A stretch of DNA of 32,000 nt from Gemmata obscuriglobus (GTDB taxonomy: Bacteria; Planctomycetota; Planctomycetia; Gemmatales; Gemmataceae): NCBI RefSeq assembly GCF_008065095.1, contig NZ_CP042911.1, forward strand, positions 8,130,001-8,162,000. Direction: 5' to 3'. Made by a program: the position numbers and the translations under genes. Below are positions 31,668 through 32,000 of this stretch, in pieces. The notes beneath the pieces are model-generated. The model searched no databases and had not been told where the DNA came from. It was given only the letters and a program-made list of their open reading frames with translations. The first letter of the stretch is position 1; each line of letters opens with the position of its first letter.

Positions 31668-32000
31668 CAGTTGCTCCTGGTTCGGGGTAGCCGTTCAGTG
31701 GCGCATTGTACCGCGTACCGCGCCCGGGTCGGAGCGCGGGCGCCGCGGCGACCGCCAGTACGTCCGCAGTCGCCCTCCGGCTCAGAAAGCGGGGCCACCT
31801 CCGTGGGGCTCGGCGTCTGAGAGTCACTGAACGCGCGATTGCAGAACCGGCACCGCTGGGCGAACTCAGCGCGATCCAACCGGCGTTCCGAGTCGGCCGG
31901 AGCGGCGGGCCGCCAAGTCGTAGCCGGAATTCACCCTGGCAGAACATGCCGACGACTTGTCACAAGCGAAATTCCCACCCGGGCCACAAATCGTAGTATC

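Noticed and set aside
31667-31879. 70-aa minus-strand ORF upstream of the second LRR gene. It has a TTG start and a CRFCNRAF motif, and its TGA overlaps the LRR ATG.
   Set aside because: It has a non-ATG start without a clear ribosome-binding site, mixed codon usage and no second Cys pair to make a zinc-binding motif. The LRR gene's own Shine-Dalgarno sequence lies inside it. It is kept only as a weak possibility.

Overview
This window is very GC-rich (judged by eye, not computed) and most intact genes have high third-position GC. The gene content points to a Planctomycetota chromosome, probably Gemmataceae-like. This is an inference from gene families, not a database hit. The families are eukaryotic-like Ser/Thr kinases fused to WD40 or TPR arrays, a DUF1549/DUF1553 (PSCyt/PSD) protein, 24-residue TDAGLKELA-type leucine-rich-repeat proteins, and long purine-rich palindromes between convergent genes.

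Layout:
1. 136-6238 (+): a four-gene cluster of a GRDP-like/TIGR04222-like membrane protein, a non-housekeeping HscC-like Hsp70, an uncharacterised single-pass membrane protein with a triple internal repeat, and a J-domain protein whose HPD motif reads KPD. The last three genes are tightly packed, with an ATGA stop/start overlap and then a 9-nt gap.
2. 6431-13798 (-): a WD40 kinase, a PiT phosphate transporter and a TPR kinase. A possible unannotated 41-codon membrane ORF with its own intrinsic terminator lies on the + strand between them.
3. 13962-15444: an IS5-like element nested inside an internally deleted IS1595-family element.
4. 15512-26388: housekeeping and accessory genes. These are a patatin lipoprotein, pyrE, pterin-4a-carbinolamine dehydratase, a PmoA-like secreted protein, an ankyrin protein, a WD40 protein, an ArsR regulator, a beta-CASP MBL RNase-like hydrolase, a SET-domain protein and a DUF1549/DUF1553 protein.
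5. 26455-29499: an IS graveyard with ISAs1, IS3 and IS4 fragments plus a shortened IS630 copy. It abuts and truncates the first of two tandem LRR paralogs (29497-31667).

I saw no rRNA, tRNA or CRISPR array. The best candidate for an undescribed system is the Hsp70 / KPD-J-protein / repeat-membrane-protein cluster. Its function cannot be read from the sequence.
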